NCBI GenBank assembly: GCA_049697595.1
Contig: JBAVWC010000001.1
Location: forward strand, 1 to 43,688
Reading direction: 5' to 3'
Length of the DNA: 43,688 nucleotides
Origin: Alphaproteobacteria bacterium
Lineage (GTDB): Bacteria > Pseudomonadota > Alphaproteobacteria > UBA9219
Shown here: piece after piece, positions 1 through 10,227 of the stretch
Layout: every line of letters starts with the position of its first letter
How positions within the stretch are numbered: the first letter of the stretch is position 1
The notes under the pieces: generated by a model
Told to the model about the DNA's origin: nothing
The model's database searches: none
What the model saw: only the letters and a program-made list of their open reading frames with translations
Translations under genes and position numbers: made by a program

Positions 1-264
1 GAACAAAAGCGTCGGCAAAACATTGCCAAACATGGGGTCGATTTTGAGCAAATGGCGATATTCGACTGGGAAACCGCTCTTGGTTATCAGGATGAGCGCC
101 GCGACTATAGCGAGCCGCGCTTTTTGGTTTTTGACAAAATTTCAGGACGTTTATACGCTTGCGTTTATACACCGAGAAGAAACGTCAAACGCATTATCAG
201 CTTACGAAAAGCCAACGAGCGTGAGGAGATAGCTTATGAAAAAGCCACACAAACCACTCATTGA
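1..264 (+). CDS. brnT: BrnT-family (DUF497) type II toxin; 5' end lies outside the window
   Basis: Frame 1 is open from base 1 (EQKRRQNIAKHGVDFEQ...). It continues to ...GRLYACVYTPRRNVKRIISLRKANEREEIAY. KHGV.F and RIIS.RKA are BrnT signatures. It overlaps the next ORF by 29 nt. Confidence 0.7.
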   Translation, partial: EQKRRQNIAKHGVDFEQMAIFDWETALGYQDERRDYSEPRFLVFDKISGRLYACVYTPRRNVKRIISLRKANEREEIAYEKATQTTH

Positions 265-529
265 TAAGCACGGCGACGCCAGAGAACCGACCACAAAAGA
301 GTGGAAGCTCTTTCGCCCGATGAAGGAAGTCGATCCGGCCCTCGTTGCAGCCTACAAGCGCGGCGAGCTTAAATATCGTGGGCAGCGTGGGGCGCAGAAG
401 GAGCCTACCAAAGCGCAAGTGACGCTGCGAATTGATCGCAATACGCTGGATTTTTTCAAGTCAAAGGGTGAGGGCTGGCAGACACGCATCAATGATGCTT
501 TGGCTGCTATCGTTAACGCGGCGCGTTGA
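236..529 (+). CDS. brnA: BrnA-family antitoxin (RHH/DUF4415-like)
   Basis: The C-terminus VTLRIDRNTLDFFKSKGEGWQTRINDALAAIV matches the BrnA-type pattern (vtlRld..vl..fk..G.gyQtriN). It lies immediately downstream of the toxin and overlaps it. Confidence 0.7.
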   Translation: MKKPHKPLIDKHGDAREPTTKEWKLFRPMKEVDPALVAAYKRGELKYRGQRGAQKEPTKAQVTLRIDRNTLDFFKSKGEGWQTRINDALAAIVNAAR

Positions 530-585
530 AAAAGTAGAAACGCGGGGAATTTTTGCTGTTCCGTGTTTTTCATCCAATTTCCCAA

Positions 586-1266
586 TCAATATAGAAGGTC
601 TTCGTAAAAAGCGCCTAGCGGCAATTCGGGATGACGGATTTGGATTTCCAGAATCCAGGTTCCGCCGATGATTTGTTCGGGGAAATGATTGAGGCCACGT
701 TTCCAGCCACGGTGCGGGAAAGCGCCGATCAAATGACCCGCTGGATCGAGATTGAAAATGACGCCCAATTTTTCTGCGATGCGGTGCGTGTATTCATAAA
801 GCGCCGCACCGGTTGGGTTGTGCTGTTTCCAATAAGCGGCGGTTTCTTTGAAGATCGTTTCGCTTGCTTTCGCTAAATCGTGAAGCGTTTTGTTCTCGCC
901 AAACGCTATCGTGCGCCCTGCGTCGCCTTCAACTCCGCCTTTGACCACGCCGATGTCGATAAAGGCGATGTCTTCCGCTTCCAATATCCGATCTGTTTTT
1001 GCTTTATTCTGAAATGTCAGCAAACTGTTCGAACCGAAGCGGATATAGGGCTGGTGCCAGATACGGTCGATACCGCGCGCGGCAAAAACTTTTTCGGCTT
1101 CCGTTTTGATTTCGCTCTCGCGCACGCCGGGGCGTACCAAAGTCAAAATTTCATCGGTCAACTGGTGCGCGAATTTGGCGGCGACGATTGCGGCATCGAT
1201 ATCTTGCTGGCTGGCATAGCTGTGGGTTTTGGTGAGGTCTTCGGCTAGAAGTTGTGCTTGGAGCAT
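586..1266 (-). CDS. M24-family metallopeptidase (Xaa-Pro peptidase/creatinase fold)
   Basis: Metal-ligand-like motifs are present: DIAFIDIGVVKGGVEGDAGRT, GHLIG, ILEIQI and FYED. I prefer the second ATG (1266) because AAGGAA lies about 9 nt upstream. The ORF track starts at 1296. Confidence 0.6.
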   Translation of the reverse strand: MLQAQLLAEDLTKTHSYASQQDIDAAIVAAKFAHQLTDEILTLVRPGVRESEIKTEAEKVFAARGIDRIWHQPYIRFGSNSLLTFQNKAKTDRILEAEDIAFIDIGVVKGGVEGDAGRTIAFGENKTLHDLAKASETIFKETAAYWKQHNPTGAALYEYTHRIAEKLGVIFNLDPAGHLIGAFPHRGWKRGLNHFPEQIIGGTWILEIQIRHPELPLGAFYEDLLY

Positions 1267-1345
1267 AAGAATTGTTCCTTGTCGATTGACGAACATAATC
1301 TATCTGGCAGGGTTAGCCCCAGTCCTCAAGCGGCATTTCTTGCGG

Positions 1346-1386
1346 ACCCCCCCCTCCCTAACCCTCCCCGCGAGGGGGAGGGGATT
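1346..1386 (+). repeat. C-rich palindromic repeat unit, copy 1 (C-run + TCCCTAA + hairpin CCCTCCCC-N5-GGGGAGGG)
   Basis: Sequence acccccccctccctaaccctccccgcgagggggaggggatt. Near-identical units occur at 13386-13428 (inverted), 13522-13560, 42710-42745 (inverted) and 42802-42838. Confidence 0.8.
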
Positions 1387-1441
1387 CTAGCGCGTTTTTT
1401 TTTGAGGATGGATTGCCAAGCGGCAAGCCTTAGTTTTTGCG

Positions 1442-1464
1442 CCCTCTCCATCGAGGGGAGAGGG
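1442..1464. repeat. Second hairpin type (CCCTCTCC-N7-GGAGAGGG)
   Basis: 8-bp perfect stem. A related hairpin CCCTTTCCC-TAT-GGGAGAGGG occurs at 12945-12965. Confidence 0.6.
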
Positions 1465-1886
1465 AGTCTTTCTTGCGGCTTGGGAGTTGCGATTTTTTGA
1501 AGAAACCGCATTACAGGCCGAAAGACTGGCCCTGAATTTGCGAGAGTAGAGGGAGTGGTTTTCACTAATAACGGGGGTATGGATGATAAGAGGCTGAATC
1601 ACTTGACTATTGTGTGCCGCAATGAATTACTGTAGTATGTTAACCATGTTTTTCCGGGGGTTGCTCTGGAGCGGGGCGGGTTATCCACAGCTTGCTATGC
1701 CTGATTGTCTTGAGACTCGGGAAACAAGTCTTTGCGGCAAATTCTGCCTACTTTGTTAAAGAAGTCTTCATAAAGCCGGGTGTATTGTCTGACGGTGCGC
1801 AGGCAATTTCTGCCTAGTCTTTGGTTAAGATTTAAGAAGGGGTTTCATCCGAAGCCCCGTCATCCATATAGCAGGAGAATGAAACC

Positions 1887-3578
1887 GTGAACGCATTCTT
1901 GCAAACTCTCCGCAATCTGGGCCCTATGCGCCTTGCGGCTATTGCGATTGTCGGGCTCAGTCTTCTGGGCATGCTTGGTTTTATTACCACGCGGATTTCG
2001 ACGTCGCCGCTCGCTCTCCTCTATACCGAACTCGACCAGCATGACTCGGCGGCGATTGCGCAGAAGCTTGAAGCTTTGAAAATTCCTTATGAAGTGGATT
2101 CGAGCGGTAGCCTGATCCGCGTGCCATCCAACCAGGTCGGCAAGATACGTATGATGATGGCCGCCGACGATCTGCCCAAGGGCGGCTCGATCGGTTATGA
2201 GATTTTCGATCAAAAAGAAGGTTTTGGCACCACCAGCTTTGTGCAGAACATTAATCATCTGCGCGCGCTGGAGGGCGAGCTGGAACGGACGATCAGTTCT
2301 TTGGACCCTATTGCCAGCGCGCGGGTTCATTTGGTTTTGCCGCAGCGCGAATTGTTCAGCCACGCTGAGCAGACTGCCACCGCCAGCATTTTCCTGAAAA
2401 CGCGCAACGGCGCGGTGTTATCGCGCGAGCAGATTGCGGCTATTCAGCATTTGATCGCGGCTGCTGTTCCGCAATTGCAGCCTAATCAGGTATCGATTGT
2501 CGATGATCGCGGCAATTTGCTCGCGAAGCCTTCGAGCGGCGGCGCTGCCGGTGCTGCGGGCGGCGGGTCGGATGACCAGGATGACATGCGCCGTCAGTTT
2601 GAGCAGACGCAAGTGCAGAAGATTGAGGATTTGCTAACCCAGACTTTGGGATTCGGCAAGGTAAGAGCGCAGGTATCGGCGGATATGGATTTCGACCGCG
2701 TGACGACCAGCTCGGAAATTTATGATCCGGAAAGCCAGGTCGTGCGCTCGACGCAAAACACGGATGAAGAGGCCACGACTGCCGACGGCGGAGGTGGCAG
2801 CGTTTCCGTCGCGAGCAACCTGCCTTCCAATCCGCAGCAGATCGCAGGCGGCGGTGGCGGTGGGGCTTCGCAGAACAAGAACAACCACACCGAACAGACG
2901 ATTAATTACGAGATCAACAAGACGGTGCGCAATCAGGTTCGCGAAGGCGGGCAAATACGCCATCTGTCGGTCGCGGTCGTCGTTGACGGAACTTATAAGA
3001 CTTCGGACGACGGCAAGACCACGACTTATGTGCCGCGCAGCGACGAGGAAATGGCGAAGATCAAGGAACTGGTGCGCTCTGCCGTCAGTTTCGACGCCAA
3101 TCGCGGCGATACTGTTGATGTCGCCAATCTGCAATTCGCGCAACCCGATGCGAGCAAGGATACGGGGTCGCCTGATTTGTTGATGGGTGTTCCGCGCGCC
3201 GATATTTTCCATGCCGCCGAGACTCTTATCCTCGCGCTGATTGGGCTTCTGGTCGTGTTGCTGGTCGTGCGCCCTATATTGCGCAAGATTTTGGAAAGCG
3301 CAGGAACCGTTTCCAGCGATCAGCAGGCTCTGTTGGGCGGCGGCGGTGGAATGAGCGGCGGTATGGCCCAATTGGCCGCGCCCGGCGGAACAGGCGTTTC
3401 CACGAGTGACGCCGCAGCTGAAGCGGCGGAATCCGAGTTTGAGCGCATGATCGACATCTCGCGCGTTGAGGGACGGGTTAAGGCTTCGTCCCTGCGCAAA
3501 GTCGGCGAGATCGTCGATAAGCACCCGGATGAGGCTATTTCGATCTTGCGCAACTGGATGTATCAGGAGAACCGCTAA
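1887..3578 (+). CDS. fliF: Flagellar M-ring protein FliF
   Basis: 563 aa with a GTG start. N-terminal TM segment, then [26 protein letters not shown] and [14 protein letters not shown] motifs, a C-terminal TM and a FliG-binding tail. The stop overlaps the fliG ATG. Confidence 0.95.
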   Translation: MNAFLQTLRNLGPMRLAAIAIVGLSLLGMLGFITTRISTSPLALLYTELDQHDSAAIAQKLEALKIPYEVDSSGSLIRVPSNQVGKIRMMMAADDLPKGGSIGYEIFDQKEGFGTTSFVQNINHLRALEGELERTISSLDPIASARVHLVLPQRELFSHAEQTATASIFLKTRNGAVLSREQIAAIQHLIAAAVPQLQPNQVSIVDDRGNLLAKPSSGGAAGAAGGGSDDQDDMRRQFEQTQVQKIEDLLTQTLGFGKVRAQVSADMDFDRVTTSSEIYDPESQVVRSTQNTDEEATTADGGGGSVSVASNLPSNPQQIAGGGGGGASQNKNNHTEQTINYEINKTVRNQVREGGQIRHLSVAVVVDGTYKTSDDGKTTTYVPRSDEEMAKIKELVRSAVSFDANRGDTVDVANLQFAQPDASKDTGSPDLLMGVPRADIFHAAETLILALIGLLVVLLVVRPILRKILESAGTVSSDQQALLGGGGGMSGGMAQLAAPGGTGVSTSDAAAEAAESEFERMIDISRVEGRVKASSLRKVGEIVDKHPDEAISILRNWMYQENR

Positions 3579-4603
3579 TGGCTGGGCAACGCGTTCGCGA
3601 AGATGTGAAGTCTCTTTCGGGGCTGGAAAAATCGGCATTGTTCATTCTGTCGATGGGTGAAGAATATGCAGCGCGCATTTTCGCCCACCTGAACGACGAC
3701 GAGATCAAGGATCTGTCGCAGGTTATGGCTACGCTGGGCAATGTCAGCGCGACTTTGGTGGAACGGTTGTTCGTGGATTTCGCCGAACAGATTTCGTCGT
3801 CGGGCGGCACGGTCGGCACTTTGGAATCGACCGAGCGGTTGTTGATGAAGGTTTTGGACAAAAACCGCGTCGGCAACATTATGGAAGATATTCGCGGCCC
3901 CGCCGGCAGAACGATGTGGGACAAGCTGGCCAACGTCAATGAAGCCGTTCTCGCCGCCTATTTGAAGAACGAATATCCGCAGACGGTCGCGGTGGTGATC
4001 ACCAAGATCAAGCCCGACCACGCCGCGCGCGTGCTGTCGCAATTGCCGGAAAGCTTTGCGATGGAAGTTATCACACGCATGTTGCGTATGGAGTCGGTGC
4101 AGAAAGACGTTATCGACGACATTGAACGGACTTTGCGCAACGAGTTTATGAGCAATCTGGCGCGCACCAATCGCCGCGACTCGCATGAGGCTATGGCGGA
4201 AATTTTTAATAATCTGGATCGCGCCAACGAAGCCAAGTTCATGACGGCTTTGGAAGAACGCAACCGCGACTCGGCGGAAAAGATCAAGGGATTGATGTTC
4301 ACCTTCGAAGATCTGGGCAAATTGGAGGGTGCGGCGATACAGGCTATTTTGCGCATTGCCGACAAGGCCAAGCTGCCGACGGCGCTTAAAGGCTCTGCGG
4401 AAGCGATCAAGGATTTGTTCTTCTCGAACATGTCGGAACGCGCGGGCAAGATGCTGAAAGAAGATATCGCCGCGATGGGCCCTGTGCGGTTGCGCGATGT
4501 CGAAGAAGCGCAGGCGCATCTGGTCAACGTCGCCAAGGATTTAGCGTCGAAGGGCGAAATCGTCATCGCCAAGGACACGGAGGAAGATCAACTTGTCTAT
4601 TGA
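3578..4603 (+). CDS. fliG: Flagellar motor switch protein FliG
   Basis: 341 aa. [43 protein letters not shown] and MFTFEDL are typical FliG motifs. Confidence 0.95.
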   Translation: MAGQRVREDVKSLSGLEKSALFILSMGEEYAARIFAHLNDDEIKDLSQVMATLGNVSATLVERLFVDFAEQISSSGGTVGTLESTERLLMKVLDKNRVGNIMEDIRGPAGRTMWDKLANVNEAVLAAYLKNEYPQTVAVVITKIKPDHAARVLSQLPESFAMEVITRMLRMESVQKDVIDDIERTLRNEFMSNLARTNRRDSHEAMAEIFNNLDRANEAKFMTALEERNRDSAEKIKGLMFTFEDLGKLEGAAIQAILRIADKAKLPTALKGSAEAIKDLFFSNMSERAGKMLKEDIAAMGPVRLRDVEEAQAHLVNVAKDLASKGEIVIAKDTEEDQLVY

Positions 4604-5267
4604 CGCCAAACCAACAGCCAAGACGGAACCGGCGGAAAATGCGCCTATGCGCAAATTCATGTTCGACCGTTCGTTTGAAGAAGCGGCTATCGTGCAGCGC
4701 GCGGCGGAGCGCAAGCCGGTTTTGCTGAAGCCGGAACAGGTCGATGCCTTGAAGAAAGAGTCCTATGACGCCGGATTTGCGGCGGGGAAAGTTGCGGGCA
4801 AGGAAGAACAAGTGTCGGTGCTCGCGGCAATTATGGGAACGGTTGGAAAAAATCTCGATACGCTGATGAAAAATATCGAGGCGTTGAGCCACGAACAGGA
4901 CACGCATACGCGTCAGCTGGTTATGGCAATCGCCAAAAAGATTTTGCCGGACTTTACGGCGCGCAACGGGTTGCAGGAAATCGAAGCTTTGTTGAGCGAA
5001 GCCATTCGCAATATGTCGCGCGAGCCCCGTTTGGTCGTGCGCGTCAACGAAGGGCAATTGGACGCCGTCAATGAAAAGATTAAAGCACTCACGACGCAAC
5101 ACGCCTATGCAGGGCAAACCGTCGTTATAGCCGATGCCGAAGTCGCCGCGGGCGATTGCCGCATCGAATGGGCCGAAGGCGGCATCGAACGCAACACGCA
5201 GACAACGTGGAAAGCCGTTGAAGAAACGATAGGCGTCGATGTGGCGCCTGAACAACTTCCCTCTTAA
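4593..5267 (+). CDS. fliH: Flagellar assembly protein FliH
   Basis: Lies between fliG and fliN. TTG start with GGAGGAAG about 8 nt upstream. [10 protein letters not shown]-terminal motif and a C-terminal domain ...[12 protein letters not shown]...[15 protein letters not shown]. Confidence 0.75.
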   Translation: MSIDAKPTAKTEPAENAPMRKFMFDRSFEEAAIVQRAAERKPVLLKPEQVDALKKESYDAGFAAGKVAGKEEQVSVLAAIMGTVGKNLDTLMKNIEALSHEQDTHTRQLVMAIAKKILPDFTARNGLQEIEALLSEAIRNMSREPRLVVRVNEGQLDAVNEKIKALTTQHAYAGQTVVIADAEVAAGDCRIEWAEGGIERNTQTTWKAVEETIGVDVAPEQLPS

Positions 5268-5278
5268 AGGAGATTCCT

Positions 5279-5617
5279 ATGGCAGACGATAAAGAGTCAC
5301 TGACGCTGACCGCGCTGGAATCCAGCTCGGGCGAAACACTGAAGGACGCTCATCCGATCACGGTGAACGATCTGGACGCCGTCTACGGCATTCCGGTCGA
5401 AGTCGCCGCCGTTCTGGGCAAAGCCGAGATGCAGGTCAGCCACTTGCTGAAACTGGGTCGCGGCGCGGTTATCGAACTCGACCGCAAAGTCGGCGAGGCT
5501 ATCGACATTTATGTGAACAACCGTCTGGTTGCGCGCGGCGAAGTCGTGGTGGTCGAAGACCGGCTGGGCATTACGATGACGGAAATTATCAAGTCGGATC
5601 GAAGCAATAATAACTAA
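5279..5617 (+). CDS. fliN: Flagellar motor switch protein FliN
   Basis: 112 aa. SpoA-type domain IPVEVAAVLGKAEMQVSHLLKLGRGAVIELDRKVGEAIDIYVNNRLVARGEVVVVEDRLGI. AGGAG ribosome-binding site. Confidence 0.9.
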   Translation: MADDKESLTLTALESSSGETLKDAHPITVNDLDAVYGIPVEVAAVLGKAEMQVSHLLKLGRGAVIELDRKVGEAIDIYVNNRLVARGEVVVVEDRLGITMTEIIKSDRSNNN

Positions 5618-5682
5618 AGGTCGGAGGCCGGAAGAAATTCTGGCCTCCAGCCCTTCCTACAATTCAACGGGGATAAAAGAAC

Positions 5683-7065
5683 ATGCGCTTACTCATCATC
5701 GGACAACTGGAAGGCCCTCTTGGCACTGCGGGACGCATAGCGACCCAGCGCGGCGCGAAGGTGGCCCATATCGACAGCATCGCGGGAGCTTTGAACGCGC
5801 TGCGTAACGGTCAGGGTGCGGATTTGGTGATGTGCGATGTCAGGCTCGACATCGGGCAGTTTATCGACAGCTTGAAATCGGAACGCATCGTTATTCCCGT
5901 CGTCGCTTGCGGTATCGATGCCGATGCAGGTGCGGCGGTACGCGCCATTCGCGCCGGGGCCAAAGAATATATTCCGTTGCCGCCCGATGCCGAACTGATC
6001 GCCGCCGTGTTGCAGGCGGTTGCCGAAGAAGACCAGACTTTTATTGCGCGCGACGCGTCGATGAAGCCTTTGCTGCAAATGGTTGACCGCGTGGGGGCGA
6101 GCGACGCCTCGATCCTTATCACCGGCGAAAGCGGCACCGGCAAGGAAGTTATGGCGCATTACATTCACCGCAAGAGCAAGCGCGCCGCGGGAAGTTTCGT
6201 TTCCGTCAATTGCGCCGCCATTCCGGACAATCTGCTGGAATCGGAATTGTTCGGGCATGAAAAGGGCGCGTTCACGGGCGCCGTCGCCCGTCGTATCGGC
6301 AAGTTTGAAGAAGCCAATGGCGGCACGTTGCTGCTCGATGAAATCAGCGAAATGGATAGCAGGTTGCAGGCGAAATTGCTGCGCGCTATTCAGGAACGCG
6401 AGATCGACCGCGTCGGCGGTACGACGCCGATCAAGATCGACATTCGCCTGATCGCGACTTCGAACCGCGATCTGGAAGAAGAAGTGAAGGCCAAGCGGTT
6501 CCGCGAGGATTTGTATTTCCGCCTGAACGTCGTCAATCTGCATTTGCCGCCATTGCGCAATCGGCTTGCCGACATTGTGCCTCTGGCGACTTATTTTGCG
6601 GGCAAATATTCCAAGGCTAACGGATTGCCTGAACGCACTTTGTCGCCCGCTTCGACCGCCGCTTTACAGGCGCATCATTGGCGCGGCAATGTGCGCGAAC
6701 TGGAAAACACGATGCATCGCGCGGTGTTGCTGGCGCGCGATACGACAATCGAACCCGATGCCATTATCCTGTCGGGGCAATCATTTGCGCCGGACAAGCC
6801 TTCGGCGGCGGAACTCGCCGCTCAGGTGGCCTCGGGACGCACGCCTGCCACGGGTGCGGGAGCGCGCACTATGGTCGGCAGGACAGTGGCCGATGTCGAA
6901 CGCGATTTGATTATCGACACGCTGAGCCATTGTCTGGGCAACCGCACGCATGCGGCCAACATTCTCGGCATTTCGATCCGCACGTTGCGCAACAAGTTGA
7001 AGCAATATAACGACGAGGGAGTTCCCGTTCCGGGTGGAGCGGGTGAGGAACTGGTGGCGTCCTAA
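5683..7065 (+). CDS. flbD: Sigma-54-dependent flagellar transcriptional regulator, FlbD type
   Basis: Receiver-like N-terminus similar to my recollection of Caulobacter FlbD (MRLLIIGQLEG..., GADLVMCDV, IPVVACGIDAD..AGAKEYIPLPPDAELIAAVL). AAA+ sigma-54 interaction domain (ITGESGTGKE, GAFTGA, ELFGHEKGAFTG). C-terminal HTH (NRTHAANILGISIRTLRNKLK). Confidence 0.85.
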   Translation: MRLLIIGQLEGPLGTAGRIATQRGAKVAHIDSIAGALNALRNGQGADLVMCDVRLDIGQFIDSLKSERIVIPVVACGIDADAGAAVRAIRAGAKEYIPLPPDAELIAAVLQAVAEEDQTFIARDASMKPLLQMVDRVGASDASILITGESGTGKEVMAHYIHRKSKRAAGSFVSVNCAAIPDNLLESELFGHEKGAFTGAVARRIGKFEEANGGTLLLDEISEMDSRLQAKLLRAIQEREIDRVGGTTPIKIDIRLIATSNRDLEEEVKAKRFREDLYFRLNVVNLHLPPLRNRLADIVPLATYFAGKYSKANGLPERTLSPASTAALQAHHWRGNVRELENTMHRAVLLARDTTIEPDAIILSGQSFAPDKPSAAELAAQVASGRTPATGAGARTMVGRTVADVERDLIIDTLSHCLGNRTHAANILGISIRTLRNKLKQYNDEGVPVPGGAGEELVAS

Positions 7066-7116
7066 GATGCGTCTGATTTTTTCTAACGTCTATTCTACAG
7101 CCAACGGCCAGGATTT

Positions 7117-9207
7117 ATGACCGATCAGACGACAGGAATTGCGGGTACCGATCCCTTTGGCGGCTTTTTCAAGCGCGGCGAAGTTTGGATGGGCGTGGGC
7201 CTGCTGACGATTTTAACGGCGCTGATCGTGCCGTTGCCGCCGTTTCTGGTCGATATCGGCCTGGCGATTTCGATTACGTTTTCCGTTCTTATTCTGATGA
7301 CGGTTTTGTTCATCAAGCGGCCATTGGAATTCAGTTCGTTTCCAACCGTTTTGCTGATTGCCACGCTGATACGGTTGTCGCTGAATCTCGGCACGTCGCG
7401 GCTCGTTCTGACGAACGGGAACGAGGGCACGGATGCGGCGGGGCATGTCGTGCAGTCTTTCGCCGAATTGGTTATGGGCGGCGATTTCATTATCGGCGTG
7501 ATCGTTTTCTCGATCCTGACTTTGGTCAATTTTGTCGTTATCACCAAGGGTTCGGGCCGTATCGCCGAAGTCGCGGCGCGTTTTACGTTGGACGCGATGC
7601 CGGGCAAGCAAATGGCGATTGACGCCGATTTGTCTTCCGGCCTTATCAACGAGGATCAGGCGCGCAAACGCCGCAAAGATTTGGAAGACGAAAGCAGCTT
7701 CTTCGGTTCGATGGACGGTTCGGCGAAATTCGTGCGCGGCGATGCCGTTGCCGGTTTGGTTATTACCGTCATCAACGCAATCGGCGGCATTACGATCGGC
7801 GCGTTTCGCCACGATATGCCTATCCTGCAAGCTGCCGACACTTATGTGCGCCTGACAGTCGGCGACGGGCTGGTGACACAGATTCCCGCTTTGCTGGTTT
7901 CCGTCGCCGCTGGTTTGCTGGTGACCAAAACCAATGTTACGGGCTCGACCGACAAAGCGTTTTTTAGCCAGTTGAGCGGTTACCCTATGGCTTTGGGATT
8001 GAGTTCGGCGATGCTGACAATTCTGGCTTTGATGCCCGGCATGCCGTTTATTCCTTTTGCCGTGCTGGGCGCGTTTTCGGGTTTTGCCTGCTATATGATA
8101 ACTCAGCAGGCGAAGAACAAGGAATCGGATGCCGACGCACTTACCGCCAAGAATAAACCGGCCACTCTCGCCGAAGAACCGATTGCGAAGTCTCTGTCAA
8201 TCGACATGATCCGTCTGGAGTTGGGCTATGCCCTGCTCAGCCTTATCAATAGCGAAGCGGGACAACGGCTGACCGATCAGATCAAAGGGCTGCGCAAACA
8301 GTTGGCGGGCGATATGGGCTTTATCATGCCCGCCGTCCGTATTCAGGATAATTTGCAATTGCCTCCCAATGCCTATGTGCTGCGCGTCAAGGAAATCGAA
8401 GCGGGACGCGGCGAACTGCGCCCCGGCATGTTGCTGGTTATGGACCCGAGGGGGCAACAGATCGCCCTGCCCGGTGAAGCGACTATGGAGCCGACATTCG
8501 GATTAGCTGCGACCTGGATCGATCCGACTTATCGCGAAGAGGCGTTGTTCAAAGGCTATACCGTCGTCGATCCGCCGACCGTTATCACCACGCATTTGAC
8601 CGAACTGGTCAAAGACAATATGTCGGAACTTCTGTCCTATTCGGAAGCGCAGAAGCTGCTTGATGAATTGGGTAAAGATCAGCAGAAGCTGGTTGCCGAT
8701 GTTATTCCCAGCCAGGTTACGATCAGCGGTTTGCAGCGCGTACTGCAAAATCTTTTGGCCGAGCGCATTTCAATCCGCGATTTGCCGACTATTCTGGAAG
8801 GCGTATCGGAAGCGACCGCCGTTACCCGCAATCTGACCGCCATTTCCGAACATGTGCGCACGCGCCTGTCGCGCCAGATATCGGACGCCAATACCAATGA
8901 CATGGGCTATATCCCTATGGTTACTTTGTCGCCGGAATGGGAACAGGCGTTCGCCGAGGCCGTTATCGGCGAAGGCGATGCGCGGCAATTGGCGATGCCG
9001 CCGAGCAAGCTGCAGCAATTCATTACTGCTGTGCGGCAATCTTATGACAGGCTTGCGGCTATGGGAGAGTCTCCGGTTCTTTTGACCAGCCCGGCTATTC
9101 GCGGTTATGTGCGCTCGGTGATCGAGCGGTTCCGTCCTGCGACGACGGTTTTGTCGCAAAACGAAATTCATCCGAAGGCCAAAATCAAAACCTTGGGGCA
9201 GATATAA
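7117..9207 (+). CDS. flhA: Flagellar type III export gate protein FlhA
   Basis: 696 aa with the FHIPEP motif (ITKGSGRIAEVAARFTLDAMPGKQMAIDADL), multiple TM segments and a large cytoplasmic C-terminal domain. Confidence 0.95.
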   Translation: MTDQTTGIAGTDPFGGFFKRGEVWMGVGLLTILTALIVPLPPFLVDIGLAISITFSVLILMTVLFIKRPLEFSSFPTVLLIATLIRLSLNLGTSRLVLTNGNEGTDAAGHVVQSFAELVMGGDFIIGVIVFSILTLVNFVVITKGSGRIAEVAARFTLDAMPGKQMAIDADLSSGLINEDQARKRRKDLEDESSFFGSMDGSAKFVRGDAVAGLVITVINAIGGITIGAFRHDMPILQAADTYVRLTVGDGLVTQIPALLVSVAAGLLVTKTNVTGSTDKAFFSQLSGYPMALGLSSAMLTILALMPGMPFIPFAVLGAFSGFACYMITQQAKNKESDADALTAKNKPATLAEEPIAKSLSIDMIRLELGYALLSLINSEAGQRLTDQIKGLRKQLAGDMGFIMPAVRIQDNLQLPPNAYVLRVKEIEAGRGELRPGMLLVMDPRGQQIALPGEATMEPTFGLAATWIDPTYREEALFKGYTVVDPPTVITTHLTELVKDNMSELLSYSEAQKLLDELGKDQQKLVADVIPSQVTISGLQRVLQNLLAERISIRDLPTILEGVSEATAVTRNLTAISEHVRTRLSRQISDANTNDMGYIPMVTLSPEWEQAFAEAVIGEGDARQLAMPPSKLQQFITAVRQSYDRLAAMGESPVLLTSPAIRGYVRSVIERFRPATTVLSQNEIHPKAKIKTLGQI

Positions 9208-10227
9208 ATGAGATTGAAATCATTTCACGGCGCGACTTTAACCGAAGCGATGCGGTTGGTGCGCGAAGCGTTGGGCGAAGATGCGATTATCGTCGCGACG
9301 CGCGAGGATGACAATGGCGGCATGCGCGTTACTGCGGCGGTGGATGAAGTCTCGGCTTCGACCAAAGCGGCGTCCTTGCAAGCCCCTGCTCCCGCATCGG
9401 ACGGTTCCAATGCGATGGAAATTATCGCCGAAGCCTTGACCCGGCATCAGGTACCGAGCGCGCTTGCTGAAAAAATTATGGCGACGGCTACACAATTCGC
9501 CAGCGACGATCCTTTGCTGGCTTTGGGCGCGGCGCTGGATATGCATTTCAAATTTCAGCCTGTGGCAGACCCCGTGTCGGAGCACGGGGCAAGCAAACCT
9601 TTGATGCTGGTGGGGCCTCCGGGCGCGGGAAAAACGCTTTGCATCGCCAAATTCGCGACGCGGTCGATGCTTTCTAAAAAGAAACCTACCGTTATTAGCA
9701 CCGATCTGGAACGCGCGGGCGGGATGGAGCAATTGGCAGCATTTACGCGCGTGCTGAAACTTAATCTGGTCGAGATCGAAGATTGGAATGCTCTGCGCGA
9801 TGTGGTGGAGATGCAAAAGAGCGGCACCGTTCTGATCGATACCGCAGGGCGCAATCCGTTTGACGACGGCGAAAAAGAAACGATACGCGAATATGTGGCT
9901 GCTGTCGGCGATGCGACTTTGGTCCTGCCTGCGGGGCTGGATGCGACGGAGGCAATCGATCTGGCGCAGGAATTCAAACGGCTGGGCGCGACGCGTTTGA
10001 TCGTGACGCGCATCGATGCCGTGAAAAGATTGGGCAGTTTGCTGCGCATCGCCTATGAAACGAAATTGCCCTTTGCCAATTATTGCGCGAGTTACAAAGT
10101 GACCGAGCCGCCGTGGCCGCTGAACCCGGTCGTGCTGGCGCGGCTTGTGCTTCAGCTTCCTGGCACGCAAGCTGCAACGCAGACGAAGAAAGACGCACCC
10201 AAATCCGCTTATGGAGCTGTCCAATGA
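9208..10227 (+). CDS. flhF: Flagellar biosynthesis SRP-type GTPase FlhF
   Basis: N-terminus MRLKSFHGATLTEAMRLVREALGEDAIIV, P-loop LVGPPGAGKT and a DTAGR motif. The ATG follows the flhA stop directly. Confidence 0.85.
   Translation: MRLKSFHGATLTEAMRLVREALGEDAIIVATREDDNGGMRVTAAVDEVSASTKAASLQAPAPASDGSNAMEIIAEALTRHQVPSALAEKIMATATQFASDDPLLALGAALDMHFKFQPVADPVSEHGASKPLMLVGPPGAGKTLCIAKFATRSMLSKKKPTVISTDLERAGGMEQLAAFTRVLKLNLVEIEDWNALRDVVEMQKSGTVLIDTAGRNPFDDGEKETIREYVAAVGDATLVLPAGLDATEAIDLAQEFKRLGATRLIVTRIDAVKRLGSLLRIAYETKLPFANYCASYKVTEPPWPLNPVVLARLVLQLPGTQAATQTKKDAPKSAYGAVQ

Noticed and set aside
1336-1478. 10-bp direct repeat TTTCTTGCGG (1336-1345 and 1469-1478), considered as a target-site duplication around repeat copy 1
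   Set aside because: A TTCTTGC motif also precedes the C-run of copy 3 (about 13512-13518). It therefore seems to be part of the repeat unit itself rather than duplicated target DNA.
1681-1689. Perfect TTATCCACA (E. coli-type DnaA box) upstream of fliF
   Set aside because: It is a single isolated 9-mer with no cluster of boxes or AT-rich unwinding element. A lone match in about 44 kb on two strands is not very unlikely by chance, and alphaproteobacterial DnaA boxes differ somewhat.
2225-2245. TGGCAC followed by ..GCTTT, considered as a sigma-54 promoter
   Set aside because: It lies inside the fliF coding sequence and lacks the TTGC element at the right spacing. I found no convincing GG-N10-GC promoter in the flagellar intergenic regions.
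2634-3638. 334-aa ORF antisense to fliF. Many similar long antisense or alternate-frame ORFs exist, for example 3575-4519, 5689-6543, 7213-7830, 9238-10224, 10257-11078, 16040-17248, 17471-18463, 34880-35977, 37595-38431 and 40700-41809.
   Set aside because: Each lies entirely inside a gene with strong family-level evidence on the other strand or frame. Their products are Arg/His/Gln-rich low-complexity sequences typical of shadow ORFs in GC-biased coding DNA.
5623-5648. Hairpin GGAGGCC-N12-GGCCTCC after fliN, considered as a terminator
   Set aside because: No U-tract follows it, and flbD starts 35 nt later in what looks like one operon. It is at most a processing or stability element.
10083-10223. 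Upstream start for flhG. The same question arises for mtnA (27877), argG (37256), speH (32637), rplS (31986) and the AAA+ gene (37144).
   Set aside because: The extensions overlap the preceding gene or lack ribosome-binding sites. Internal starts have good SD spacing and/or ATGA coupling, and they match expected family N-termini.
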